Positions 20,079-30,655 of a stretch of 64,000 nt of DNA are shown in pieces (the stretch's first letter is position 1; each line of letters opens with the position of its first letter). The DNA is from Phycisphaerae bacterium (GTDB lineage: Bacteria; Planctomycetota; Phycisphaerae; UBA1845), in assembly GCA_029260135.1 (NCBI GenBank), contig JAJDDV010000125.1, positions 11,185-75,184 of the forward strand, read 5' to 3'. Both the position numbers and the translations under genes were made by a program. Under the pieces are notes generated by a model. It was not told where the DNA came from, did no database searches, and was given only the letters and a program-made list of their open reading frames with translations.

Positions 20079-21947
20079 CTACTTCCTGACCACCCCGAGG
20101 CTCTTCGTGGTCTGATTCCCGTCCGCGTCCGTCACCACCAGGCTGATGGTATGCTCGCCCGAAGGCGCCCCAGCCGACCGCCAGTAGTAACTCACGCTCG
20201 TTTGCGTCCCCGAGACCGCCGTCGCCAAGACCGCCACCCCGTCCACAAACCACTCGACCGCGGCAAGACCGTCCGAATCCGAGACCGTCGCCTCGATCGA
20301 GACATTCCCCGATACCGTCGACCCGCTCTGTGGAGACCGAAAGCCGATCTCGCTCGCATCGGCGCCGCGCCGAGACCCCGACGACCCGAACGTAACCGTC
20401 ACCTCTCCCGGCCCGGACGCATTGCCCGAGTCGTCCGTCGCCACGAACGAAAGCTCATGACGCCCGCTCGCGTAAAGGGCCGGATCGATCACGAAACGAT
20501 ACGGCGATCGCGTGTCCGTCGCCCGCGGTACGCCGTCGATCGACATCACCACGTCGGCCACCCCCCACCGATCCGTGGCCTTCACCGAAGCGGTGAATCT
20601 CCCCGAATAAGTCGAGCCGTCTCGAGGTCGAGAGACCGCGACCTTCGGTGCAGTCGTGTCCGTCTCGATGATCGATCCCTCGGCCGCCAGGACCGCCGCA
20701 GCAGCGTCAACCGTCCCCCAACCATAAACGTCATCCTTCCCGGCATCCCCGGCCTCGCGCGACGTGTCGAGAATCGCCTCCTGAATGGAGATCGGCCTCA
20801 GCTCCAACCGCATCGACCACGCCAACGCAGCCACACCCGAAACAAGCGGAGCCGCAAACGACGTCCCACTCGCTCCAACGTAATCGCCGCCCAACTCCGT
20901 CGTCAGAACGCCCACTCCCGGTGCCGACAGATCCACGAACGGCCCGCGGTCGGAAAAGCGAGCGATCTGATCCGAGCTGCTGACCGCGCCGACGAAGAAC
21001 CCCTCGGTGAAACCCGCCGCCGAGGTTGTTCCGCCGGCGTTTCCCGCACTGATCACGACGAGCGAACCGCGATGATACGCCTGCTGCGCCGCCGCACGAA
21101 CAACACGGTTCGACCACAACGGCGCAAAGCTGACGTTGATCACCCGCGCGCCCCGCTCGGCAGCCCAGAGAATCCCGGCTGCAAGGTTACCCGCGGATGT
21201 ACCCCCATCCGAATCCGTCACGCGAACCGCCACGATCGGGCTCTCCCACGCCACACCCGCAACGCCGCGCCGGTTGTCCGACATCGCCGCAGCCACACCC
21301 GCCACCATCGTTCCGTGGCCGTTGACGTCACTGAAATCAGCGCTGTTCTCGACGACGTTCCATCCGTCGACGATCTTCTCCGACAGGTCAGGATGCTCCG
21401 GATCGACGCCCGTATCGACAATCGCAATGATCACATCCTCGGACCCGATCGTCGTATCCCATGCCCGATCCACACGCGACTGTGTAAGATGCCTCTGCCG
21501 CGGAAAGTGAATGTCATCAGGAACCGCGCTGGGCTCATAGAGATAGTTCTTCTGAACGATCTCGAGAAGACCGCTCTCCGCAAGCGAAGCCGCCGTCGCG
21601 TCAAAGGCGCTCGCGTCGACCCGAAGAACATCGACATCAATATCATCAAGTCGCTTCACGACAACGACTCCGACCTCCTCGTACAACTCAGCCACAGACG
21701 CCGCATCCGCACCCGGATACGACTGAACCAGAATCTCGTCCGCCACGAAAGAAAGGGCGGCGATGGCGGGTTCGGCGTCCTCCTCGAACATCACGGCCAC
21801 GCTGCTGCCATCTTCGCTCGAGACGGAAATGCCACCCTCAAGAGACCCGCCCAGGGAACGGTTGAGCGCGGAATCGCCGCAGCCGGCGACATAGCAAGCG
21901 AAAGCCGAGAGTGTCACGATGTATCGCAGTCGGTTCATGATGGACAA
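20079..21947 (-). CDS. S8 subtilisin-like serine peptidase, lipoprotein, with two C-terminal Ig-like domains
   Basis: Lipobox VAGC; triad IVDTG, GHGT, GTSFA; C-terminal repeats resembling bacterial Ig-like domains. Confidence 0.9.
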   Translation of the reverse strand: MSIMNRLRYIVTLSAFACYVAGCGDSALNRSLGGSLEGGISVSSEDGSSVAVMFEEDAEPAIAALSFVADEILVQSYPGADAASVAELYEEVGVVVVKRLDDIDVDVLRVDASAFDATAASLAESGLLEIVQKNYLYEPSAVPDDIHFPRQRHLTQSRVDRAWDTTIGSEDVIIAIVDTGVDPEHPDLSEKIVDGWNVVENSADFSDVNGHGTMVAGVAAAMSDNRRGVAGVAWESPIVAVRVTDSDGGTSAGNLAAGILWAAERGARVINVSFAPLWSNRVVRAAAQQAYHRGSLVVISAGNAGGTTSAAGFTEGFFVGAVSSSDQIARFSDRGPFVDLSAPGVGVLTTELGGDYVGASGTSFAAPLVSGVAALAWSMRLELRPISIQEAILDTSREAGDAGKDDVYGWGTVDAAAAVLAAEGSIIETDTTAPKVAVSRPRDGSTYSGRFTASVKATDRWGVADVVMSIDGVPRATDTRSPYRFVIDPALYASGRHELSFVATDDSGNASGPGEVTVTFGSSGSRRGADASEIGFRSPQSGSTVSGNVSIEATVSDSDGLAAVEWFVDGVAVLATAVSGTQTSVSYYWRSAGAPSGEHTISLVVTDADGNQTTKSLGVVRK

Positions 21948-22370
21948 ATGCCTTCACTGAGTTTTCGGACGTAGGGCGCACAGGGTCTAAGGATAGGATC
22001 CAATTCAAACGGCCCGCGTGCCCACCCGGCGCGGTGGAATCGGGGCGTCATTTTCCTGGCTGAGGATACGGGCCTCCATATGAGGGTATTATCAGCGAAT
22101 CGCGCGCGGGCCGTTGGGGACCCGTTTGTGATGAGGAGATTATGAGGCCTTGGCGATCCGCCGGCGTGCAGTCGTTAGCCTGCTTCACGGATGGTTCCGA
22201 GCGGGCCGAAGCTGTCGGAAGCCACGAATCATGTCCGACTCGGATGGAGGTGATCCCATCAGCTGCGACAAAAGGCTTGACCGGCCCGGCTTCATAGAAG
22301 GCACGAAGAAGTGAACGGGAGGAATAGGCTCGGGGGGGCATAAGCCGCACTTGGCCGGAACAGAACTACT

Positions 22371-22440
22371 CCGCCATCAGCTGCCAGCTTTCAGCTAAAG
22401 AAACAGACCTGATTCGTTCCCTACTTGGCAAGGAGGAAGG
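22371..22440 (+). repeat. Dispersed repeat: (TCAGC) heptamer run + AAAGAAACAGACC + CCCT(A/C)CTTGG(C/T)AAGGAGG hairpin
   Basis: Near-copies at 24414-24492, 24569-24626 and 24628-24688; core also at 40626-40659 and inverted at 37160-37202 and 40553-40594. Confidence 0.75.
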
Positions 22441-22491
22441 CAAGAGCTTCGCGCGTAATCACATCAACCCGTTGACGGTTGGGCGGTGCGA

Positions 22492-23640
22492 TCATGGGTC
22501 CTGCCCCGTGTGGGCAATCTGGAACTCCGCGAAGTCCTGAAGGTCGATGTCATAATCCGAGCCGAGATGGGCATCACGACATCCGATCGCGGGAAGGCGG
22601 TTCGGGCCACCAGCATTCAGGCAGTCGGCAAAGACCGCTCGCAAGTCGCTCAAATCGACGTCACCGTCAGCATCACTGTCGCCGCGCAGAGCCTCGAGAG
22701 CGAGACAGTGGCCCTCACCGGCCGCGATGGCAACAAAATCGGGATTGGGAACGGGGACCTCAGTTTGACCTGTGTAGGCCGTGCCCCATGCGACGATCTC
22801 TCCGTTCGCCTTCAGCCCAAGGCTATACGTGGAGCCGGCCGCGATAGCCGCAAAGTCCTGGTTGGGCTCGGGCACATCACATTGGCCGTAATCGTCCGAC
22901 ACATCGCCGCATCCCCACGCCACAATCGAACCGTCGTTCTTCAGAGCCAGGCTGTGGAAGTCGCTCGCCGCAATGGCCACGAATCCCTCGTTTGGCTGAG
23001 GGACTTCGCTCGGTGTCACCATGCACCAGTATTCGACCCAGAAACTCATCGCATAGAGGCAACCCCAGGTGGCGATGGACCCATCCGCTTTCAAGGCGAG
23101 GTGATGACGCCCCCCCGCGGCGATGGCCACGAATCCCGTGTTGGGATCGGGGATACGCGTTTGCCCCAGTATGAAGTACTCCCGCCACTCAACAATCGAA
23201 CCGTCAGTCTTCAAGGCGAGACTGCGGTCCCGGTGCGCCGCCAGGCTCACGAAACTCGTATTGGGAGTTGGAACACTCGCCTGCCCCCCGTACTCGTTTC
23301 CCCAAACGACAATGGAACCGTTGACCTTCAGCCCCAGACTGTGTTCGGCTCCGGCCGCGATGGCCGTGAAACCTCTATTGAGGTCAGGAACGTCGGTTTG
23401 ACCGTACCAGTCCTGGCCCCACGCGGCGATCGAGCCGTCCGCTCTCAAGCCCAGGGTGTGGTGGTCACCCGCCGCGATCGCCACGAAACCGGTCTCCGGA
23501 GGGGGAACCGTGGTCTGACCGGCCCTGTTGTTTCCCCAGGCGACGATCTTTCCGCCCATCTCGCCGTATCCGCGATTGCCGGCGAGGCAGACAAGTACCA
23601 CGATGGCACAACGAATCGTGCTTTGTGAAGTTGTTGACAT
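22492..23640 (-). CDS. Secreted RCC1/BLIP-II-like 7-bladed beta-propeller with C-terminal dockerin-like EF-hand repeats
   Basis: Seven repeats IVAWG..GQT.VP.PN.GFVAIAAG..HSL.LK; tail GDSDADGDVDLSD..DIDLQDFAEFQ; start MSTTSQ at 23640. Confidence 0.82.
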   Translation of the reverse strand: MSTTSQSTIRCAIVVLVCLAGNRGYGEMGGKIVAWGNNRAGQTTVPPPETGFVAIAAGDHHTLGLRADGSIAAWGQDWYGQTDVPDLNRGFTAIAAGAEHSLGLKVNGSIVVWGNEYGGQASVPTPNTSFVSLAAHRDRSLALKTDGSIVEWREYFILGQTRIPDPNTGFVAIAAGGRHHLALKADGSIATWGCLYAMSFWVEYWCMVTPSEVPQPNEGFVAIAASDFHSLALKNDGSIVAWGCGDVSDDYGQCDVPEPNQDFAAIAAGSTYSLGLKANGEIVAWGTAYTGQTEVPVPNPDFVAIAAGEGHCLALEALRGDSDADGDVDLSDLRAVFADCLNAGGPNRLPAIGCRDAHLGSDYDIDLQDFAEFQIAHTGQDP

Positions 23641-23991
23641 GCGCGGCCCTCCCGGGTCTTGAATCCCCCTCGGGTGAACGGTTTCGCTGCTATAGTATAG
23701 CGCAGCGGAGAGAGACTTATCGACAGCCAATGAGGATTCTTGCGTCAGGGCTTGCGGCGTTTTTCCCCGGGATAGCGATGGCGGTGGCGGTTCTGATCGG
23801 ATCAATGGACCAAACGGCAGCGCTGGGCATCGTGATGACCGGCTGCGAACTGGGGATTCGAGCGGAAATAGTCGCAGGCTTCAGACGAATACGTAGATAC
23901 GACGGAAAGGTCGCGGATCGCGGGGCGGGTGTCGTCTGCTGGGCCTCAGGAGGCGATTCTCGGACCGATGGATGCGTTGGGGAGTCTTGCG

Positions 23992-24450
23992 ATGTACCAG
24001 AATCACGTTCATTCACCGGGTGGTACCGAGGCGACGATCTATTGCACGGCGTGCGGGGGGCCGATGCGTGTGGCCACGCAGCACGTGCGGATGGTGGTGG
24101 CGTGTCCGTATTGTCATCAGGCGATCGATCCGAAACGGTTCGTGAGTGCGGATGGTCGGTCGGCGTGCTCGTGGCGCAACCGATGGATCGCGGGGCTGCT
24201 CGGCGTGCTGCTGGGCCCGCTGGGGATTCACCGCATCTACCTGGGGTTCGTGGGGATCGGGATTCTTCAGATGGTGGTGAGTTTCATCACCTGCGGGATC
24301 GGCGGATTGTGGGGGTTCATCGAGGGTGTCCTCTGGCTGGCGGGTAAGCCGATGCACGATGTCGATGGTCTGCCGCTGAGCGAGTATCATCCGTGGGCAT
24401 CGCCGGGGCGGGCGTCAGCCATCAGCCGTCAGCCATCAGCTATCAGCTAA
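23992..24450 (+). CDS. TM2 domain membrane protein with N-terminal zinc ribbon
   Basis: CTACG..CPYCH then RNRWIAGLLGVLLGPLGIHRIYLG (TM2). Confidence 0.8.
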   Translation: MYQNHVHSPGGTEATIYCTACGGPMRVATQHVRMVVACPYCHQAIDPKRFVSADGRSACSWRNRWIAGLLGVLLGPLGIHRIYLGFVGIGILQMVVSFITCGIGGLWGFIEGVLWLAGKPMHDVDGLPLSEYHPWASPGRASAISRQPSAIS

Positions 24451-24809
24451 AGAAGCAAACCTCCCTCGATCCCTCCTTGGTAAGGAGGGAGGAAGAACAC
24501 ATGCCCGCGCCTTCGGCTTGGGCATGGCACACGGCGGGGCGGAAAAGGTGCACCAAGATGCACCGTACTCGGCTATCAGCAAAGAAACAGACCCCCCTGA
24601 ATCCCCCCCCGGTGAAGGGGGGGAGGAATCAGCTGTCAGCGAAAGAAACAGACCTCCCTCGATCCCTCCTTGGTGAGGCGGGGGGCGGGAGGTCCGCACA
24701 GCGGGCTCTACGGCTGAATCATCGAGTCCGCGCCCCTCGCACTACTGACAAAGCAGTGGCACTCAGAGGGGTCGTGGACAAACACTGACGGACGAGCCGC
24801 CCGTGGCAC
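24414..24809. repeat. Mosaic cluster of REP-like palindromes between convergent genes
   Basis: Three heptamer/CCCTCCTTGG units, catgccc..gggcatggcac (24500-24530), ggtgcaccaagatgcaccgtac (24547-24568), ggtccgcacagcgggctctac (24691-24711), cactgacgg..gtggcac (24783-24809). Confidence 0.8.
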
Positions 24810-24845
24810 GCAATCCCCGAACGATCGCGCGGGCTAGAGCAAGCT

Positions 24846-26534
24846 CTATCCGAGTTGTAGCGTTCGGGGGTCCATTTCGCCCGGAGAATCCTGCCAGTCT
24901 TCCGCTACGTTTGGACTGGTTGCGCTATAAAGCCCGCGGCTCGGGGGCGCAGATGGGCTCGGATGAAGGCGTTCCCTTCTTTGGCGCCGGATCAGGACGA
25001 TGGTTCCGGCGGTCGCGACGAGCAGTGTCATCATGGCCAATCCCCACTGCGAAACGGCGGGGATGGTCTGTCCTTCGATGACGGTGATGTAGCGATCGAC
25101 ACCGAGCTGGGCGGCATGGACGAACTGCGTTGTTCGGTTTGGCCAGCGGATGGTGATCTGGTCGATGCCGGCGGCGGCGCCGAGGCCGAACTCTACGGGA
25201 AGGCTGTTCTGGGAGCCTCGTCCCGCGCCTCCGCTGACCTCCTTGACGACGGTGCCGAGCGGCGTGGTCACTTCTATCCGAGCGCCGATGGCGCTACGGT
25301 TGCTGGAGGTTCCGACGAGGTTGAGGACGACCCAGTGGTTTGAGTTGATGGTGTCGTTGCGCCAGAGGCGGTTGTCCACGTCGCCGTCGGTGGTGAGCAT
25401 AAGGTCAAGGTCGCCGTCGCGATCGTAGTCGGCGAAGGCAACGCCCCGGCCATCGACGGCGGCGCCGCCGAGGGCTGCTGTGGCGTCGGTGAAGGTTCCG
25501 CCGAGGTTGCGAAAGAGGACGTTGGGGGTGGTCATCGGGGAGAATCCGTTGGTGACGAAGAAGTCTTCCCATCCGTCGTTATCGACATCGCCGGCGTTGC
25601 AGCTTATGCCCCAACCGAGCGGATCGTCGGTTCCGGTGGCGACGGCGACGTCGGTAAAGATATCTTCGCCGTCGTTGCGGTATAGCGCGTTGATGGTGCC
25701 GGCGGGCTGAGGCCAGGTGGTCCAGTAGAGGTCGAAGTCGAGGTCGTTGTCGTAGTCGAAGGAGAGGACACCCATTCCCGCACCGACCGCATCGATCCCT
25801 ATGGCGGGCGTGCTGAAGAAAAAGCCGCCGTCATTCATGTAGAGCAGGTTCGGATCGTTGCTGCGGTTTCCGGTGAAGATGTCGATCCATCCGTTATTGT
25901 CGACATCGCTTCCCGTGACGCCGACGCCGGTGGCGGACTGGTTGACACCGTGCAGTGCGGCGACGTCGGTAAACTGGAGATTGCCGTCGTTGCGGTAGAG
26001 GATGTATTCGCCGATGGCCACGACGTAGACGTCGAGAAGGCCGTCGGAGTTGTAGTCGAGTAACGCCATGCCTCTACTGCTCAGTTCGATGTTGATCCCC
26101 GCGGCCGCGGCGACGTCGGTGAAGGCGTATTCGCCGCCTGCGCCGACAGGTCCGTCGTTTCGGTAAAGGGCGTCGCGTCCGGCGCCGAAGTTCACGACGT
26201 AGAGATCGAGGTCGCCGTCGTTGTCGAGATCGCCGAAGGCACAGCCGACGCTGAAGAGCGCATTGCCGACACCGGCGACGGCGGTGACGTCGGTGAAGTT
26301 GTCGCCGCCGTCGTTGCGGAAGAGGCGGTTCGCCCCGTTGACGGTCAGATAGAGGTCCTGATCACCGTCGTTGTCATAGTCGCCCCAGGCGACCGATTCG
26401 GTGAGATCGCCGGGGAGTGCGACACCGGCGGTGGCGGTGACATCGGTGAAGACGAGCTGCGCAAACGCCGCGTGGTTCAGCGTCAATGTCAGTGCGCATA
26501 CGGCAAGTATACGGCGCAGGTGTGCGTACGGCAT
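24846..26534 (-). CDS. FG-GAP repeat / ASPIC-UnbV (CRTAC1-like) protein with IPTL-CTERM sorting signal
   Basis: Signal peptide; repeated DYDNDGDxDLY; NRSAIGARIEV..SQNSLPVEFGLG; tail IPAVSQWGLAMMTLL..RRQRR. Confidence 0.85.
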   Translation of the reverse strand: MPYAHLRRILAVCALTLTLNHAAFAQLVFTDVTATAGVALPGDLTESVAWGDYDNDGDQDLYLTVNGANRLFRNDGGDNFTDVTAVAGVGNALFSVGCAFGDLDNDGDLDLYVVNFGAGRDALYRNDGPVGAGGEYAFTDVAAAAGINIELSSRGMALLDYNSDGLLDVYVVAIGEYILYRNDGNLQFTDVAALHGVNQSATGVGVTGSDVDNNGWIDIFTGNRSNDPNLLYMNDGGFFFSTPAIGIDAVGAGMGVLSFDYDNDLDFDLYWTTWPQPAGTINALYRNDGEDIFTDVAVATGTDDPLGWGISCNAGDVDNDGWEDFFVTNGFSPMTTPNVLFRNLGGTFTDATAALGGAAVDGRGVAFADYDRDGDLDLMLTTDGDVDNRLWRNDTINSNHWVVLNLVGTSSNRSAIGARIEVTTPLGTVVKEVSGGAGRGSQNSLPVEFGLGAAAGIDQITIRWPNRTTQFVHAAQLGVDRYITVIEGQTIPAVSQWGLAMMTLLVATAGTIVLIRRQRRERLHPSPSAPPSRGLYSATSPNVAEDWQDSPGEMDPRTLQLG

Positions 26535-26770
26535 GATCCTCTCCTTTTAGACGTCAGTGCAGGGAGTCGCCCGATCGGGTTTGCCCTGTTTTCCGGCCCG
26601 TGACGATGGTCTTCCGGTCTGGAGTGATAACCGATGGTGGGGCGCGTGTATTCCGAAGATCTGCAGCATTTTTCTGCGGAATCAAGTGGACTCCGGTTGT
26701 CCCGCGGGCCGGGGATTGAGCGTCCGCGCAAGCTGAAGCATGCGGCTCGGGCGTACTTGGGGACCGTCGC

Positions 26771-28870
26771 TTAGGGGCGGGGTTTTCTGCGGGGTTGTTG
26801 TGCCTGGCCTTTTTGCGCTTGATCCGCCATTTTCTGCAGCTTTTCGATGAATGAGGGTTTTCCACCGCGCTTGGGCTCGGCATCGCCGTTCTTGGGCTTG
26901 GGTTTGTGGAGGGTGCCGGCGGCTTCGCGCTCCTTGATGTGTTTGCGAATGCGATGCTGCTCGATGGTTCCAAAGAGTGAGCTACAGAAGATGTAGAGGT
27001 TGAGTCCACTGGGACCTTTGTAGAAGAAGATGAGCATCATGATGGACATCATGGGCGTCATCATCTTCATCATGTCCTGCTGCTGGCGCTGCTGATCGGT
27101 CATGTTGGGGTTGGGGGCGGGCTTTGGCTGGAGTTTCTGCTGGGTGTACATGAAGACCGCCATGAGGATCGGCAGCAGATTGAATGCGGGAAGACTCCAG
27201 CCGAGCAGCGGAATGATGATGGGCGAGCCGAAGGTGTACAAGGCGTCCGGAGCGGTCAGGTCGTTGACCCAGGTGAACAGAAACGGCTCGTGGCGCATTT
27301 GGATGTTGTTGCTCAGGCTCAGGAAAAGCGCGACCCAGATGGGCATCTGGATGAACATGGGCAGGCAGGTGAGGATCTGCCCCGCGGGATTGATGTTGAG
27401 CTTCATCATCTCCTGGTTGAGGCGGGCCTTGTCGTTGGCGTACTTTTTCTTGATTTCCTCGATCTTGGGGGCCATCTCCTGCATTTTGTGCTGCATCTTC
27501 ACCATGTTCACCTGCCCCTTCTTGGTGATGGGGTGCAGGAGCAGGCGGACGACGAGCACGAGAATGATGATGGCGACGCCGTAGTCGCGCACGATGAAAT
27601 GCAGGCCGTTCAGCAATCGGATCATCAACTCGACGAGCCAACTGAAGGTGCAGAAGCCAAAGCCCTGTGAGATTTGTTCGTAGTAGTTTCGATCGCGATA
27701 TTTGGCGACGTCGCGATAGGCTACGCCGTCTTTCTCGCCGAGAAAGACGTCGGCGCGGAGGGCGAGGGTCTCGCCGGCGGCGAGCTGCTGCTCTCGGGTG
27801 ACGAAGCGAACGGTGACGTCGTCCTGCGTTTCCATGAGCTGGTCGAGGTCGACCGCGGAGACGTTGGTGAGATAGTCGGGGTTGTCTTGGCCTTCGTGGG
27901 TGAGGGGTGCGACGGTGCAGGTGAAATAGGTGTTGGCGGTGGCGGCCCAGGACAGACGAGCATCGGGTGCTTCTTGCGAGGGAGCGAAGAGCTTGAGTGG
28001 TTTGGCTGGGTCCTTGCCCACCTCCGTGTAGGCGTTTCTCGAGACCTCGACGCGTGCGTCGGTCTGTCCGTCATGCACTCCCCAATCGATGATCCGGTCG
28101 GCGAGCCTTGCGCCGGGGGTCGAGCTTACTCCGACGCCGCCGCGGTAGGTAACGAGGACCTTGCGTGGGCGGGGCGAGAGATTCTCGATGCGCAAGGTCG
28201 AGTGGAGGTCGTGTTGTCCCTGCTCCTGAGGTTGTCTGGGGAGTTCGATTCGGCGGGTCAGTTTCAGTGCGGGCTGTTGGTCTTGCTGTATTTCGATCCA
28301 AAACTCGGCGGTTTGGCCTTGCTCGTTCTCCGTGACGGGACCGGCGTTCCATTTCTTGTCGGCGAGGTTGAGGATGGCGCCGTCGACGTTGACCGTCTCG
28401 ATGGCCAAAGATCGATGGATCGTCCCATCGAGTTGCTGGACCGGCGCGAGGAGGGTGTAGCGAGCGTCGCCGCCCACCTTCTCGGCGTGGTCGGTCATGG
28501 TCGCTGTTTCGACGGATGCCCCGACGTTCGAAAGTGTCAGGCGCATTCGGTACGGGGATGGCGCGTCCTTCGGCGTCGGCCCGTTGGTCGCTGAGCCCAT
28601 GACCGGCTGGAGGGTTTGCTCGGCCTCGATGACGGTGAACGTGTGGTCCGGGGCGGGTCGCGAGGATTCCGAAGCTGCGACCGGCGCGGTACCAGACGTC
28701 GGTGATGGTTGCAGGCCCGCGTTTGGCGCTCCGCCTGAGGCGTCGCTCTGCGCATCCGTTTGGTCCGGTCGTGGCGCGGGGATCGGCGCAACCTTCATCA
28801 TCACGAAGTAGATGGTGAGGAAAACGGCACCGGCGATCGTTAGATTTCGTAAGGTGTCCTGACCTTGCAT
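26771..28870 (-). CDS. yidC: Membrane protein insertase YidC
   Basis: N-terminal TM, large periplasmic domain, YGVAIIILVLVVR, CLPMFIQMPIW, DLTAPD, PSGLNLY. Confidence 0.95.
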   Translation of the reverse strand: MQGQDTLRNLTIAGAVFLTIYFVMMKVAPIPAPRPDQTDAQSDASGGAPNAGLQPSPTSGTAPVAASESSRPAPDHTFTVIEAEQTLQPVMGSATNGPTPKDAPSPYRMRLTLSNVGASVETATMTDHAEKVGGDARYTLLAPVQQLDGTIHRSLAIETVNVDGAILNLADKKWNAGPVTENEQGQTAEFWIEIQQDQQPALKLTRRIELPRQPQEQGQHDLHSTLRIENLSPRPRKVLVTYRGGVGVSSTPGARLADRIIDWGVHDGQTDARVEVSRNAYTEVGKDPAKPLKLFAPSQEAPDARLSWAATANTYFTCTVAPLTHEGQDNPDYLTNVSAVDLDQLMETQDDVTVRFVTREQQLAAGETLALRADVFLGEKDGVAYRDVAKYRDRNYYEQISQGFGFCTFSWLVELMIRLLNGLHFIVRDYGVAIIILVLVVRLLLHPITKKGQVNMVKMQHKMQEMAPKIEEIKKKYANDKARLNQEMMKLNINPAGQILTCLPMFIQMPIWVALFLSLSNNIQMRHEPFLFTWVNDLTAPDALYTFGSPIIIPLLGWSLPAFNLLPILMAVFMYTQQKLQPKPAPNPNMTDQQRQQQDMMKMMTPMMSIMMLIFFYKGPSGLNLYIFCSSLFGTIEQHRIRKHIKEREAAGTLHKPKPKNGDAEPKRGGKPSFIEKLQKMADQAQKGQAQQPRRKPRP

Positions 28871-28879
28871 GATGATAGG

Positions 28880-29704
28880 CTAGCGCCCTTCGAAGAGGCG
28901 TGTTCCGAGAAAGTCGTCGAGCTCCGGGGTGTCGTAGATTTTCCGTGCGGCTTTCTCGATGTCGTACTCGAGCCGAACGAACTCGATGGTGGTGCAATAG
29001 CCGTCTTCGCCGACCTCGGGCGGCTCGTAGCTTTCCGGTGCTTCGCCTTTTTCATAGACGACGGTGTAGCAGAGTCGCGGATCGCGATCGCGCGGTTGCC
29101 CGATGCTGCCGACGTTGATGATGGCTTTTTCGTCCGAGGTGATCGAGTAGATGCCCATCTCGGGGAGTTCGTCGGGTGGGTCGAAACAGGGGTCGTCGAG
29201 GAAGACGCCGGGCACATGGGTATGACCGACGAGGCAGGCCATGTGACGGTCTTCCAAGCGCCTGAAGTTGTCCAGCAGTTTACTGGGATTGGTGTAGACA
29301 TCTTCGGGGAACAAATACTCGTTGACAGGCCTCCGTGGTGAAGCGTGGACCATCAAGAGACCGCAGACCTCGCCGCGAATCGGGAGGTGGCCCAGCGCTT
29401 CCCAGCGGCGGTTTCGTTTGGTCTTGTCGGGTTCGTCTTCGAGCACCTGCCTGGTCCAGTAGGCGGCTCGTTCGGCGCCGACGTTGAAGTTGGTGGGCTC
29501 GTAGAAGACGGCCTGGTCGTGATTGCCGCAGAGGCAGAGTTCGCAGCGCTCAATGACGATGTCGAGACACTCCCCTGGGCTAGCGCCGTAACCGACGACA
29601 TCGCCGAGGCAGTAGATCCGCTTGACGGACCTCCTGTCGATGTCGGCGAGCGCCGTCTGGAGCGCTTCGAGGTTTCCATGGATGTCTGAGATAACGGCAA
29701 ACAC
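28880..29704 (-). CDS. Metallophosphoesterase (calcineurin-like)
   Basis: DIHGN, GDVVGYG, GNHD, GHTH, NVGSIGQPRD. Confidence 0.92.
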   Translation of the reverse strand: MFAVISDIHGNLEALQTALADIDRRSVKRIYCLGDVVGYGASPGECLDIVIERCELCLCGNHDQAVFYEPTNFNVGAERAAYWTRQVLEDEPDKTKRNRRWEALGHLPIRGEVCGLLMVHASPRRPVNEYLFPEDVYTNPSKLLDNFRRLEDRHMACLVGHTHVPGVFLDDPCFDPPDELPEMGIYSITSDEKAIINVGSIGQPRDRDPRLCYTVVYEKGEAPESYEPPEVGEDGYCTTIEFVRLEYDIEKAARKIYDTPELDDFLGTRLFEGR

Positions 29705-29790
29705 GTTGGTTTTCGCCCGCTGGAAGCGTCGGACCGGGAGATGCCGCCCGGGCCGGGGTCCGTCTTCGTCACACTGAAACAGAAAGAGGA

Positions 29791-29819
29791 ACTTTATGTC
29801 CGGCTGATAGAGGCGTCAA
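29791..29819 (-). promoter_or_regulatory. Putative sigma70 promoter for phosphoesterase-yidC
   Basis: Minus strand TTGACG-17 nt-TAAAGT. Confidence 0.55.
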
Positions 29820-29905
29820 TGGCCCCGGGGCCACGCCGCGCCCTGTTGATTCTTCGCGGGAAACGGCTGCCTACGCGGTCAGATGGTGTCTCGCCCGGTT
29901 AGAAG

Positions 29906-30655
29906 TTGTATCATCGAGCGATCATGAGCCCTGCGAGTGAGACAGAACCCGCGTATGCCCTGGCGTTTGAGACCTCGAGTGCCATGGGTGATGTGGCGTT
30001 GGGCCTCGGGGACCGGGTGCTGGCGACGCGTCGCCTCAGTGCACCGCGGCGTCATGCGGTCGAGTTTCTGCCGACGGTCGCGGCGTTGTGCGCTGAGCAG
30101 GGCGTTTCGGTTTGGGACGTCGGGTTTGTTTTCGTCTCGGCGGGTCCGGGGAGCTTCACGGGTCTACGGATCGGCATGACGGCGGCGCGCAGCGTCACGC
30201 TGGCCACGGGTGCGCCTGTTGTCAAGGTTCCTACCCTAGACGTTATCGCACAGAACGCCCTTGACGCGGCGGACGTGCCGGACCGCGTGGCTGTTCTTCT
30301 GGACGCCAAGCGCAAACGCGTTTACGCCTCGACGTTTGTGCGGGAGAACGGAGTGTATCGCGCGGAGGCGGAGCCGATCGAAGTGGAGCCGGCGGCGTTT
30401 CTTGCGGATCGGTTGTCCGCGGGGAGCGGCGGTGCGGTGTTGGGTGAGGGGGTGGAGTATCATCAGGAGGCCGTCGCATCGTCGGGCTGGCGCGTTTTGC
30501 CGTCGGGGCTAAGCCCGCCGCGCGCTGAGACGGTCTATCGATTGGGGCGCGAGATGGCGGCGCGTGGGGCGTTCACCGATCGGTCGGCGATGGTTCCGAC
30601 GTACGTTCGGCTGCCGGAGGCTGAAGAGAAGTGGAATCAGGCGAACAAGTCGTGA
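29906..30655 (+). CDS. tsaB: tRNA threonylcarbamoyladenosine biosynthesis protein TsaB
   Basis: LAFETSS, GPGSFTGLRIG, LDAKR, P.YVR..EAE; true start may be the ATG at 29924. Confidence 0.92.
   Translation: MYHRAIMSPASETEPAYALAFETSSAMGDVALGLGDRVLATRRLSAPRRHAVEFLPTVAALCAEQGVSVWDVGFVFVSAGPGSFTGLRIGMTAARSVTLATGAPVVKVPTLDVIAQNALDAADVPDRVAVLLDAKRKRVYASTFVRENGVYRAEAEPIEVEPAAFLADRLSAGSGGAVLGEGVEYHQEAVASSGWRVLPSGLSPPRAETVYRLGREMAARGAFTDRSAMVPTYVRLPEAEEKWNQANKS

Noticed and set aside
20151..21974. 607-aa ORF antisense to the subtilase
   Set aside because: Arg-rich shadow frame with no recognisable domain
22335..22347. 13-nt match GGGGGCATAAGCC shared with 50197-50209 (inverted)
   Set aside because: Matches of this length are expected by chance in 64 kb
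24414..24809. Repeat cluster considered as a CRISPR array
   Set aside because: Units are heterogeneous, spacing is irregular, there are no unique equal-length spacers and no cas genes
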